Assembly: GCA_964016885.1 (NCBI GenBank)
Contig: OZ024742.1
Coordinates: forward strand, 375,348,001 to 375,412,000
Direction of reading: 5' to 3'
Length of the DNA stretch: 64,000 nt
From: Eledone cirrhosa
Taxonomy: Eukaryota
Both the position numbers and the translations under genes were made by a program. Below the pieces are notes generated by a model, which was given only the letters and a program-made list of their open reading frames with translations, was not told where the DNA came from and did no database searches. Every line of letters starts with the position of its first letter. The first letter of the stretch is position 1. This document shows, one piece after another, positions 7,570 through 19,900 of this stretch.

Positions 7570-10500
7570 CTGTGCTTTTGACTTCTTCTGTGCTTTTGAC
7601 TTCTTCTGTGCTTTTGACTTCTTCTGTGCCTTTGACTTTTTCTGTGCTTTTGACTTCTTCTGTGCCTTTGACTTCTTCTGTGCCTTTGACTTCTTCTGAG
7701 CCTTTGACTTCTTCTGTGCCTTTGACTTCTTCTGTGCTTTTGACTTCTTCTGTGCCTTTGACTTCATCTGTGCTTTTGACTTCTTCTGTGCTTTTGACTT
7801 CTTCTGTGCCTTTGACTTCTTCTGTGCCTTTGACTTCTTCTGTGCTTTATACATATTCTGTGCCTCTGACTTCTTCTGTGCCTTTGACTTCTTCTGTGCC
7901 TTTGTCTTCTTCTGTGCCTTTGTCTTCTTCTGTGCCTTTGACTTCTTCTGTGCTTTTGACTTCTTCTGTGCCTTTGACGTCTTTTGTGCTTTTGTTTTCT
8001 TCTGTGCCTTTGACTTCTTCTGCGCCTTTGACTTCTTCTGTGCCTTTGACTTCTTCTGTGCCTTTGACTTCTTCTGTGCTTTTGTCTTCTTCTGTGCCTT
8101 TGACTTCTTCTGTGCTTTTGTCTTCTTCTGTGCCTTTGACTTCTTCTGTGCTTTTGACTTCTTCTGTGCCTTTGACTTCTGTGCTTTTGTTTTCTTCTGT
8201 GACTTTGACTTCTTCTGTGCCTTTGACTTCTTCTGTGCATTTGACTTCTTCTGTGCTTTTGACTTCTTCTGTGCCTTTGACTTCTTCTGTGCCTTTGTCT
8301 TCTTCTGTGCCTTTGACTTCTTCTGTGCCTTTGACTTCTTCTGTGCCTTTGACTTCTTCTGTGCTTTCGACTTCTTCTGTGCCTTTGACTTCTTCTGTGC
8401 CTTTGACTTCTTCTGTGCCTTTGTCTTCTTCTGTGCCCTTGACTTCTTCTGTGCCTTTGACTTCTTCTGTGCATTTGTTTTCTTCTGTGCTTTTGACTTC
8501 TTCTGTGCCTTTGACTTCTTCTGTGCCTTTGACTTCTTCTGTGCCTTTGACTTCTTCTGTGCCTTTGACTTCTTCTGTGCTTTTGTTTTCTTCTGTGCTT
8601 TTGACTTCTTCTGTGCCTTTGTCTTCTTCTGTGCCTTTGCCTTCTTCTGTGCCTTTGACTTCTTCAGTGCCTTTGACTTCTTCTGTGCCTTTGACTTCTT
8701 CTGTGCCTTTGACTTCTTCTGTGCCTTTGACTTCTTCTGTGCTTTTGACTTCTTCTGTGCCTTTGTCTTCTTGTGTGCCTTTGACTTCTTCTGTGCTTTT
8801 GACTTCTTCTGTGCCTTTGACTTCTTCTGTGCCTTTGTCTTCTTCTGTGCCTTTGACTTCTTCTGTGCCTTTGACTTCTTCTGCGCCTTTGACTTCTTCT
8901 GTGCCTTTGACTTCTTCTGTGCTTTTGTTTTCTTCTGTGCTTTTGACTTCTTCTGTGCCTTTGACTTCTTCTGTGCCTTTGACTTCTTCTGTGCCTTTGA
9001 CTTCTTCTGAGCCTTTGACTTCTTCTGTGCCTTTGATTTCTTCAGTGCCTTTGACTTCTTCTGTGCCTTTGACTTCTTCTGTGCCTTTGACTTCTTCTGT
9101 GCCTTTGACTTCTTCTGTGCCTTTGACGTCTTTTGTGCTTTTGTTTTCTTCTGTGCCTTTGACTTCTTCTGTGCCTTTGACTTCTTCTGTGCCTTTGACT
9201 TCTTCTGTGCTTTTGTCTTCTTCTGTGCCTTTGACTTCTTCTGTGCTTTTGTCTTCTTCTGTGCCTTTGACTTCTTCTGTGCTTTTGACTTCTTCTGTGC
9301 CTTTGACTTCTTCTGTGCTTTTGTTTTCTTCTGTGCCTTTGACTTCTTCTGTGCCTTTGGCTTCTTCTGTGCATTTGACTTCTTCTGTGCTTTTGACTTC
9401 TTCTCTGCCTTTGACTTCTTCTGTGCCTTTGTCTTCTTCTGTGCCTTTGACTTCTTCTGTGCCTTTGACTTCTTCTGTGCTTTTGACTTCTTCTGTGCTT
9501 TTGACTTCTTCTGTGCCTTTGACTTTTTCTGTGCTTTTGACTTCTTCTGTGCCTTTGACTTCTTCTGTGCCTTTGACTTCTTCTGAGCCTTTGACTTCTT
9601 CTGTGCCTTTGACTTCTTCTGTGCTTTTGACTTCTTCTGTGCCTTTGACTTCATCTGTGCTTTTGACTTCTTCTGTGCTTTTGACTTCTTCTGTGCCTTT
9701 GACTTCTTCTGTGCCTTTGACTTCTTCTGTGCTTTATACATCTTCTGTGCCTCTGACTTCTTCTGTGCCTTTGACTTCTTCTGTGCCTTTGTCTTCTTCT
9801 GTGCCTTTGTCTTCTTCTGTGCCTTTGACTTCTTCTGTGCTTTTGACTTCTTCTGTGCCTTTGACGTCTTTTGTGCTTTTGTTTTCTTCTGTGCCTTTGA
9901 CTTCTTCTGCGCCTTTGACTTCTTCTGTGCCTTTGACTTCTTCTGTGCCTTTGACTTCTTCTGTGCTTTTGTCTTCTTCTGTGCCTTTGACTTCTTCTGT
10001 GCTTTTGTCTTCTTCTGTGCCTTTGACTTCTTCTGTGCTTTTGACTTCTTCTGTGCCTTTGACTTCTGTGCTTTTGTTTTCTTCTGTGACTTTGACTTCT
10101 TCTGTGCCTTTGACTTCTTCTGTGCATTTGACTTCTTCTGTGCTTTTGACTTCTTCTGTGCCTTTGACTTCTTCTGTGCCTTTGTCTTCTTCTGTGCCTT
10201 TGACTTCTTCTGTGCCTTTGACTTCTTCTGTGCCTTTGACTTCTTCTGTGCTTTCGACTTCTTCTGTGCCTTTGACTTCTTCTGTGCCTTTGACTTCTTC
10301 TGTGCCTTTGTCTTCTTCTGTGCCCTTGACTTCTTCTGTGCCTTTGACTTCTTCTGTGCATTTGTTTTCTTCTGTGCTTTTGACTTCTTCTGTGCCTTTG
10401 ACTTCTTCTGTGCCTTTGACTTCTTCTGTGCCTTTGACTTCTTCTGTGCCTTTGACTTCTTCTGTGCTTTTGTTTTCTTCTGTGCTTTTGACTTCTTCTG

Positions 10501-11340
10501 TGCCTTTGTCTTCTTCTGTGCCTTTGCCTTCTTCTGTGCCTTTGACTTCTTCAGTGCCTTTGACTTCTTCTGTGCCTTTGACTTCTTCTGTGCCTTTGAC
10601 TTCTTCTGTGCCTTTGACTTCTTCTGTGCTTTTGACTTCTTCTGTGCCTTTGTCTTCTTGTGTGCCTTTGACTTCTTCTGTGCTTTTGACTTCTTCTGTG
10701 CCTTTGACTTCTTCTGTGCCTTTGTCTTCTTCTGTGCCTTTGACTTCTTCTGTGCCTTTGACTTCTTCTGCGCCTTTGACTTCTTCTGTGCCTTTGACTT
10801 CTTCTGTGCTTTTGTTTTCTTCTGTGCTTTTGACTTCTTCTGTGCCTTTGACTTCTTCTGTGCCTTTGACTTCTTCTGTGCCTTTGACTTCTTCTGAGCC
10901 TTTGACTTCTTCTGTGCCTTTGATTTCTTCAGTGCCTTTGACTTCTTCTGTGCCTTTGACTTCTTCTGTGCCTTTGACTTCTTCTGTGCCTTTGACTTCT
11001 TCTGTGCCTTTGACGTCTTTTGTGCTTTTGTTTTCTTCTGTGCCTTTGACTTCTTCTGTGCCTTTGACTTCTTCTGTGCCTTTGACTTCTTCTGTGCTTT
11101 TGTCTTCTTCTGTGCCTTTGACTTCTTCTGTGCTTTTGTCTTCTTCTGTGCCTTTGACTTCTTCTGTGCTTTTGACTTCTTCTGTGCCTTTGACTTCTTC
11201 TGTGCTTTTGTTTTCTTCTGTGCCTTTGACTTCTTCTGTGCCTTTGGCTTCTTCTGTGCATTTGACTTCTTCTGTGCTTTTGACTTCTTCTCTGCCTTTG
11301 ACTTCTTCTGTGCCTTTGTCTTCTTCTGTGCCTTTGACTT
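7570..11340. repeat. 1,887-bp tandem duplication within the satellite (105 monomers, one of them a 15-mer); ends approximate
   Basis: Rare variants and ORF-track coordinates recur at +1887 (7764/9651, 8771/10658, 9042/10929; 'gctttataca' at about 7844/9731). Confidence 0.9.
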
Positions 11341-13929
11341 CTTCTGTGCCTTTGACTTCTTCTGTGCCTTTGACTTCTTCTGTGCTTTCGACTTCTTCTG
11401 TGCCTTTGACTTCTTCTGTGCCTTTGACTTCTTCTGTGCCTTTGTTTTCTTCTGTGCCTTTGACTTCTTCTGTGCCTTTTACTTTTTCTGTGCTTTTGAC
11501 TTCTTCTGTGCCTTTGACTTCATCTGTGCTTTTGACTTCTTCTGTGCTTTTGACTTCTTCTGTGCCTTTGACTTCTTCTGTGCCTTTGACTTCTTCTGTG
11601 CTTTTGACTTCTTCTGTGCCTTTGACTTCTTCTGTGCCTTTGACTTCTTCTCTGCTTTTGACTTCTTCTGTGCCTTTGACTTCTTCTGTGCCTTTGACTT
11701 CTTCTGTGCTTTTGACTTCTTCTGTGCCTTTGACTTCTTCTGTGCGTTTGACTTCTTCTGTGCCTTTGACTTCTTCTGTGCCTTTGACTTCTTCTGTGCT
11801 TTTGTTTTCTTCTGTGCTTTTGACTTCTTCTGTGCCTTTGTCTTCTTCTGTGACTTTGACTTCTTCTGTGCCTTTGACTTCTTCAGTGCCTTTGACTTCT
11901 TCTGTGCCTTTGACTTCTTCTGTGCCTTTGACTTCTTCTGTGCTTTTGACTTCTTCTGTGCCTTTGACTTCTTCTGTGCTTTTGACTTCTTCTGTGACTT
12001 TGACTTCTTCTGTGCTTTTGACTTCTTCTGTGCATTTGACTTCTTCTGTGCCTTTGACTTCTTCTGTGCCTTTGTCTTCTTCTGTGCCTTTGACTTCTTC
12101 TGTGCCTTTGACTTCTTCTGTGCTTTTGTTTTCTTCTGTGCTTTTGACTTCTTCTGTGCCTTTGACTTCTTCTGTGCCTTTGACTTCTTCTGTGCCTTTG
12201 ACTTCTTCTGTGCTTTTGTTTTCTTCTGTGCTTTTGACTTCTTCTCTGCCTTTGTCTTCTTCTGTGCCTTTGACTTCTTCTGTGCCTTTGACTTCTTCTG
12301 TGCCTTTGACTTCTTCTGTGCTTTTGACTTCTTCTGTGCCTTTGACTTCTTCTGTGCTTTTGACTTCTTCTGTGCCTTTGACTTCTTCTGGGCTTTTGAC
12401 TTCTTCTGTGCCTTTGACTTCTTCTGTGCCTTTGACTTCTTCTGTGCTTTTGACTTCTTCTGTGCCTTTGAATTCTTCTGTGCTTTTGACTTCTTCTATG
12501 CCTTTGACTTCATCTGTGCTTTTGACTTCTTCTGTGCTTTTGACTTCTGTGCCTTTGACTTCTTCTGTGCCTTTGACTTCTTCTGTGCTTTTGACATCTT
12601 CTGTGCCTTTGACTTCTTCTGTGCCTTTGTCTTCTTCTGTGCCTTTGTCTTCTTCTGTCCCTTTGACTTCTTCTGTGCTTTTGTCTTCTTCTGTGCCTTT
12701 GACTTCTTCTGTGCTTTTGACTTCTTCTGTGCCTTTGACGTCTTTTGTGCTTTTGTTTTCTTCTGTGCCTTTGACTTCTTCTGTGCCTTTGACTTCTTCT
12801 GTGCCTTTGACTTCTTCTGTGCCTTTGACTTCTTCTGTGCTTTTGTCTTCTTCTGTGCCTTTGACTTCTTCTGTGCTTTTGTCTTCTTCTGTGCCTTTGA
12901 CTTCTTCTGTGCTTTTGACTTCTTCTGTGCCTTTGACTTCTTCTGTGCTTTTGTTTTCTTCTGTGCCTTTGACTTCTTCTGTGCCTTTGACTTCTTCTGT
13001 GCATTTGACTTCTTCTGTGCTTTTGACTTCTTCTGTGTCTTTGACTTCTTCTGTGCCTTTGTCTTCTTCTGTGCCTTTGACTTCTTCTGTGCCTTTGACT
13101 TCTTCTGTGCCTTTGACTTCTTCTGTGCTTTTGACTTCTTCTGTGCCTTTGACTTCTTCTGTGCCTTTGACTTCTTCTGTGCCTTTGTCTTCTTCTGTGC
13201 CTTTGACTTCTTCTGTGCCTTTGACTTCTTCTGTGCATTTGTTTTCCTCTGTGCTTTTGACTTCTTCTGTGCCTTTGACTTCTTCTGTGCCTTTGACTTC
13301 TTCTGTGCCTTTGACTTCTTCTGTGCTTTTGTTTTCTTCTGTGCCTTTGACTTCTTCTGTGCCTTTGTCTTCTGTGCCTTTGACTTCTTCTGTGCATTTG
13401 TTTTCTTCTGTGCTTTTGACTTCTTCTGTGCCTTTGACTGCTTCTGTGCCTTTGACTTCTTCTGTGCCTTTGACTTCTTCTGTGCTTTTGTTTTCTTCTG
13501 TGCCTTTGACTTCTTCTGTGCCTTTGTCTTCTGTGCCTTTGACTTCTTCTGTGCTTTTATTTTCTTCTGTGCTTTTGACTTCTTCTGTTCCTTTGACTTC
13601 TTCTGTGCCTTTGACTTCTTCAGTGCCTTTGACTTCTTCTGTGCCTTTGACTTCTTCTGTGCTTTTGACTTCTTCTGTGCCTTTGACTTCTTCTGTGCTT
13701 TTGACTTCTTCTGTGCCTTTGACTTCTTCTGTGCTTTTGACTTCTTCTGTGCATTTGACTTCTTCTGTGCCTTTGACTTCTTCTGTGCCTTTGTCTTCTT
13801 CTGTGCCTTTGAATTCTTCTGTGCCTTTGACTTCTTCTGTGCATTTGTTTTCTTCTGTGCTTTTGACTTCTTCTGTGCCTTTGACTTCTTCTGTGCTTTT
13901 GACTTCTTCTGTGCCTTTGACTTCTTCTG

Positions 13930-16900
13930 TGATTTGACTTCTTCTGTGCTTTTGTTTTCTTCTGTGCTTTTGACTTCTTCTGTGCCTTTGTCTTCTTCTG
14001 TGCCTTTGACTTCTTCTGTGCTTTTGTTTTCTTCTGTGCTTTTGACTTCTTCTGTGCCTTTGACTTCTTCTGTGCTTTTGACTTCTTCTGTGCCTTTGAC
14101 TTCTTCTGTGCCTTTGACTTCTTCTGTGCTTTTGTTTTCTTCTGTGCCTTTGACTTCTTCTGTGCCTTTGACTTCTTCTGTGCATTTGACTTCTTCTGTG
14201 CTTTTGACTTCTTCTGTGCCTTTGACTTCTTCTGTGCCTTTGTCTTCTTCTGTGCCTTTGACGTCTTCTGTGCTTTTGTTTTCTTCTGTGCTTTTGACTT
14301 CTTCTGTGCCTTTGACTTCTTCTGTGTCTTTGACTTCTTCTGTGCTTTTGTTCTATTCTGTGCTTTTGACTTCTTCTGTGCCTTTGACTTCTTCTGTGCC
14401 TTTGACTTCTTCTGTGCCTTTGACTTCTTCTGTGCTTTTGACTTCTTCTGTGCCTTTGACTTCTTCTGTGCTTTTGACTTCTTCTGTGCCTTTGACTTCT
14501 TCTGTGCCTTTGACTTCTTCTGTGCCTTTGACTTCTTCTGTGCCTTTGACTTCTTCTGTGCTTCTGACTTCTTCTGTGCCTTTGACTTCATCTGTGCTTT
14601 TGACTTCTTCTGTGCTTTTGACTTCTTCTGTGCCTTTGACTTCTTCTGTGCCTTTGACTTCTTCTGTGCTTTTGACTTCTTCTGTGCCTTTGACTTCTTC
14701 CGTGCCTTTGACTTCTTCTCTGCTTTTGATTTCTTCTGTGCCTTTGACTTCTTCTGTGACTTTGACTTCTTCTGTGCCTTTGTCTTCTTCTATGCTTTTG
14801 TTTTCTTCTGTGCCTTTGACTTCTTCTGTGCCTTTGACTTCTTCTGTGCATTTGACTTCTTCTGTGCTTTTGACTTCTTCTGTGCCTTTGACTTCTTCTG
14901 TGCCTTTGTCTTCTTCTGTGCCTTTGACTTCTTCTGTGCCTTTGACTTCTTCTGTGCTTTTGTTTTCTTCTGTGCTTTTGAGTTCTTCTGTGCCTTTGAC
15001 TTCTTCTGTGCTTTTGACTTCTTCTGTGCCTTTGACTTCTTCTGTGCCTTTGACTTCTTCTGTGCTTTTGACTTCTTCTGTGCCTTTCACTTCTTCTGTG
15101 CCTTTGTCTTCTTCTGTGCCTTTGACTTCTTCTGTGCCTTTGACTTCTTCTGTGCTTTTGTTTTCTTCTGTGCTTTTGACTTCTTCTGTGCCTTTGACTT
15201 CTTCTGTGCTTTTGACTTCTTCTGTGCCTTTGACTTCTTCTGTGACTTTGACTTCTTCTGTGCTTTTGTTTTCTTCTGTGCCTTTGACTTCTTCTGTGCC
15301 TTTGACTTCTTCTGTGCATTTGACTTCTTCTGTGCTTTTGACTTCTTCTGTGCCTTTGACTTCTTCTGTGCCTTTGACTTCTTCTGTGCTTTTGACTTCT
15401 TCTGTGCCTTTGACTTCTTCTGTGCTTTTGACTTCTTCTGTGCATTTGACTTCTTCTGTGCCTTTGACTTCTTCTGTGCCTTTGTCTTCTTCTGTGCCTT
15501 TGACTTCTTCTGTGCCTTTGACTTCTTCTGTGCTTTTGTTTTCTTCTGTGCTTTTGACTTCTTCTGTGCCTTTGACTTCTTCTGTGCTTTTGACTTCTTC
15601 TGTGCCTTTGACTTATTCTGTGCCTTTGACTTCTTCTGTGCTTTTGTTTTCTTCTGTGCTTTTGACTTCTTCTGTGCCTTTGTCTTCTTCTGTGCCTTTG
15701 ACTTCTTCTGTGCTTTTGACTTCTTCCGTGCCTTTGACTTCTTCTGTGCCTTTGACTTCTTCTGTGCCTTTGACTTCTTCTCTGCTTTTGACTTCTTCTG
15801 TGCCTTTGACTTCTTCTGTGCCTTTGACTTCTTCTGTGCCTTTGTCTTCTTCTATGCTTTTGTTTTCTTCTGTGCCTTTGACTTCTTCTGTGCCTTTGAC
15901 TTCTTCTGTGCATTTGACTTCTTCTGTGCTTTTGACTTCTTCTGTGCTTTTGTTTTCTTCTGTGCTTTTGACTTCTTCTGTGCCTTTGACTTCTTCTGTG
16001 CTTTTGACTTCTTCTGTGCCTTTGACTTCTTCTGTGCCTTTGACTTCTTCTGTGCTTTTGTTTTCTTCTGTGCCTTTGACTTCTTCTGTGCCTTTGACTT
16101 CTTCTGTGCATTTGACTTCTTCTGTGCTTTTGACTTCTTCTGTGCCTTTGACTTCTTCTGTGCCTTTGTCTTCTTCTGTGCCTTTGACTTCTTCTGTGCT
16201 TTTGTTTTCTTCTGTGCTTTTGACTTCTTCTGTGCCTTTGACTTCTTCTGTGCCTTTAACTTTTTCTGTGCTTTTGACTTCTTCTGTGCCTTTGACTTCT
16301 TCTGTGCCTTTGACTTCTTCTGTGCTTTTGACTTCTTCTGAGCCTTTGACTTCTGTGCCTTTGACTTCTTCTGTGCCTTTGTCCTCTTCTGTGCCTTTGA
16401 CTTCTTCTGTGCCTTTGACTTCTTCTGTGCTCTTGACTTCTTCTGTGCCTTTGACGTCTTTTGTGCTTTTGTTTTCTTCTGTTCCTTTGACTTCTTCTGT
16501 GCCTTTAACTTCTTCTGTGCCTTTGACTTCTTCTGTGCTTTTGACTTCTTCTGTGCCTTTGATTTCTTCTGTGCCTTTGACTTCTTCTGTGCCTTTGACT
16601 TCTTCTGTGCTTTTGACTTCTACTGTGCCTTTGACTTCTTCTGTGCCTTTGTCTTCTTCTGTGCCTTTGAATTCTTCTGTGCTTTTGTTTTCTTCTGTGC
16701 TTTTGACTTCTTCTGTGCCTTTGACTTCTTCTGTGCCTTTAACTTCTTCTGTGCTTTTGACTTCTTCTGTGCCTTTGACTTCTTCTGTGCCTTTGACTTC
16801 TTCTGTGCTTTTGACTTCTTCTGTGCCTTTGACTTCTTCTGTGCCTTTGACTTCTTCTCTGCTTTTGACTTCTTCTGTGCCTTTGACTTCTTCTGTGCCT

Positions 16901-19900
16901 TTGACTTCTTCTGTGCCTTTGTCTTCTTCTGTGCCTTTGACTTCTTCTGTGCCTTTGACTTCTTCTGTGCTTTTGTTTTCTTCTGTGCTTTTGACTTCTT
17001 CTGTGCCTTTGACTTCTTCTGTGCTTTTGACTTCTTCTGTGCCTTTGACTTCTTCTGTGCCTTTGACTTCTTCTGTGCTTTTGACTTCTTCTGTGCCTTT
17101 GACTTCTTCTGTGCCTTTGTCTTCTTCTGTGCCTTTGACTTCTTCTGTGCCTTTGACTTCTTCTGTGCTTTTGTTTTCTTCTGTGCTTTTGACTTCTTCT
17201 GTGCCTTTGACTTCTTCTGTGCTTTTGACTTGTTCTGTGCCTTTGACTTCTTCTGTGACTTTGACTTCATCTGTGCTTTTGTTTTCTTCTGTGCCTTTGA
17301 CTTCTTCTGTGCCTTTGACTTCTTCTGTGCATTTGACTTCTTCTGTGCTTTTGACTTCTTCTCTGCCTTTGACTTCTGTGCCTTTGTCTTCTTCTGTGCC
17401 TTTGACTTCTTCTGTGCTTTTGTTTTCTTCTGTGCTTTTGACTTCTTCTGTGCCTTTGACTTCTTCTGTGCCTTTAACTTCTTCTGTGCTTTTGACTTGT
17501 TCTGTGCCTTTGACTTCTTCTGTGCCTTTGACTTCTTCTGTGCTTTTGACTTCTTCTGTGCCTTTGACTTCTTCTGTGCCTTTGACTTCTTCTGTGCCTT
17601 TGTCTTCTTCTGTGCCCTTGACTTCTTCTGTGCCTTTGACTTCTTCTGTGCTTTTGTTTCCTTCTGTGCTTTTGACTTCTTCTGTGCCTTTGACTTCTTC
17701 TGTGCCTTTGACTTCTTCTGTGCCTTTGACTTCTTCTGTGCCTTTGACTTCTTCTGTGCTTTTGTTTTCTTCTGTGCCTTTGACTTCTTCTGTGCCTTTG
17801 ATTTCTTCTGTGCCTTTGACTTCTTCTGTGCCTTTGACTTCTTCTGTGCTTTTGACTTCTTCTGTGCCTTTGACTTCCTCTGTGGTTTTGACTTCTTCTG
17901 TGCCTTTGACTTCTTCTGTGCCTTTGTCTTCTTCTGTGCCTTTGACTTCGTCTGTGCTTTTGACTTCTTCTGTGCTTTTGACTTCTTCTGTGCCTTTGAC
18001 TTCTTCTGTGCTTTTGTTTTCTTCTGTACTTTTGACTTCTTCTGTGCCTTTGACTTCTTCTCTGCCTTTGACTTCTTCTGTGCTTTTGACTTCTTCTGTG
18101 CCTTTGACTTCTTCTGTGCCTTTGACTTCTTCTGTGCTTTTGACTTCTTCTGTGCTTTTGACTTCTTCTGTGCCTTTGAATTCTTCTGTGCCTTTAACTT
18201 CTTCTGTGCTTTTGACTTATTCTGTGCCATTGACTTCTTCTGTGCCCTTGACTTCTTCTGTGCTTTTGACTTCTTCTGTGCCTTTGACTTCTTCTGTGCC
18301 TTTGACTTCTTCTGTGCCTTTGTCTTCTTCTGTGCCTTTGACTTCTTCTGTGCCTTTGACTTCTTCTGTGGTTTTGTTTTCTTCTGTGCTTTTGACTTCT
18401 TCTGTGCCTTTGACTTCTTCTGTGCCTTTGACTTCTTCTGTGCCTTTGTCTTCTTCTGTGCCTTTGACCTCTTCTGTGCCTTTGACTTCTTCTGTGCTTT
18501 TGTTTTCTTCTGTGCTTTTGACTTCTTCTGTGCCTTTGTCTTCTTCTGTGCCTTTGACTTCTTCTGTGCCTTTGACTTCTTCTGTGCCTTTGACTTCTTC
18601 TGTTCTTTTGACTTCTTCTGTGCCTTTGACTTCTACTGTGCCTTTGACTTCTTCTGTGCTTTTGTCTTCTTCTGTGCCTTTGACTTCTTCTGTGCTTTTG
18701 ACTTCTTCTGTGCCTTTGACTTCTTCTGTGCTTTTGTTTTCTTCTGTGCCTTTGACTTCTTCTGTGCCTTTGACTTCTTCTGTGCATTTGACTTCTTCTG
18801 TGCTTTTGACTTCTTCTGTGTCTTTGACTTCTTCTGTGCCTTTGTCTTCTTCTGTGCCTTTGACTTCTTCTGTGCCTTTGACTTCTTCTGTGCCTTTGAC
18901 TTCTTCTGTGCTTTTGACTTCTTCTGTGCCTATGACTTCTTCTGTGCCTTTGACTTCTTCTGTGCCTTTGTCTTCTTCTGTGCCTTTGACTTCTTCTGTG
19001 CCTTTGATTTCTTCTGTGCATTTGTTTTCCTCTGTGCTTTTGACTTCTTCTGTGCCTTTGACTTCTTCTGTGCCTTTGACTTCTTCTGTGCCTTTGACTT
19101 CTTCTGTGCTTTTGTTTTCTTCTGTGCCTTTGACTTCTTCTGTGCCTTTGTCTTCTGTGCCTTTGACTTCTTCTGTGCATTTGTTTTCTTCTGTGCTTTT
19201 GACTTCTTCTGTGCCTTTGACTTCTTCTGTGCCTTTGACTTCTTCTGTGCCTTTGACTTCTTCTGTGCTTTTGTTTTCTTCTGTGCCTTTGACTTCTTCT
19301 GTGCCTTTGTCTTCTGTGCCTTTGACTTCTTCTGTGCTTTTATTTTCTTCTGTGCTTTTGACTTCTTCTGTGCCTTTGACTTCTTCTGTGCCTTTGACTT
19401 CTTCAGTGCCTTTGACTTCTTCTGTGCCTTTGACTTCTTCTGTGCTTTTGACTTCTTCTGTGCCTTTGACTTCTTCTGTGCTTTTGACTTCTTCTGTGCC
19501 TTTGACTTCTTCTGTGCTTTTGACTTCTTCTGTGCATTTGACTTCTTCTGTGCCTTTGACTTCTTCTGTGCCTTTGTCTTCTTCTGTGCCTTTGACTTCT
19601 TCTGTGCCTTTGACTTCTTCTGTGCATTTGTTTTCTTCTGTGCTTTTGACTTCTTCTGTGCCTTTGACTTCTTCTGTGCTTTTGACTTCTTCTGTGACTT
19701 TGACTTCTTCTGTGATTTGACTTCTTCTGTGCTTTTGTTTTCTTCTGTGCTTTTGACTTCTTCTGTGCCTTTGTCTTCTTCTGTGCCTTTGACTTCTTCT
19801 GTGCCTTTGACTTCTTCTGTGCCTTTGACTTCTTCTGTGCTTTTGACTTCTTCTGTGCCTTTGACTTCTTCTGTGATTTGACTTCTTCTGTGCTTTTGTT

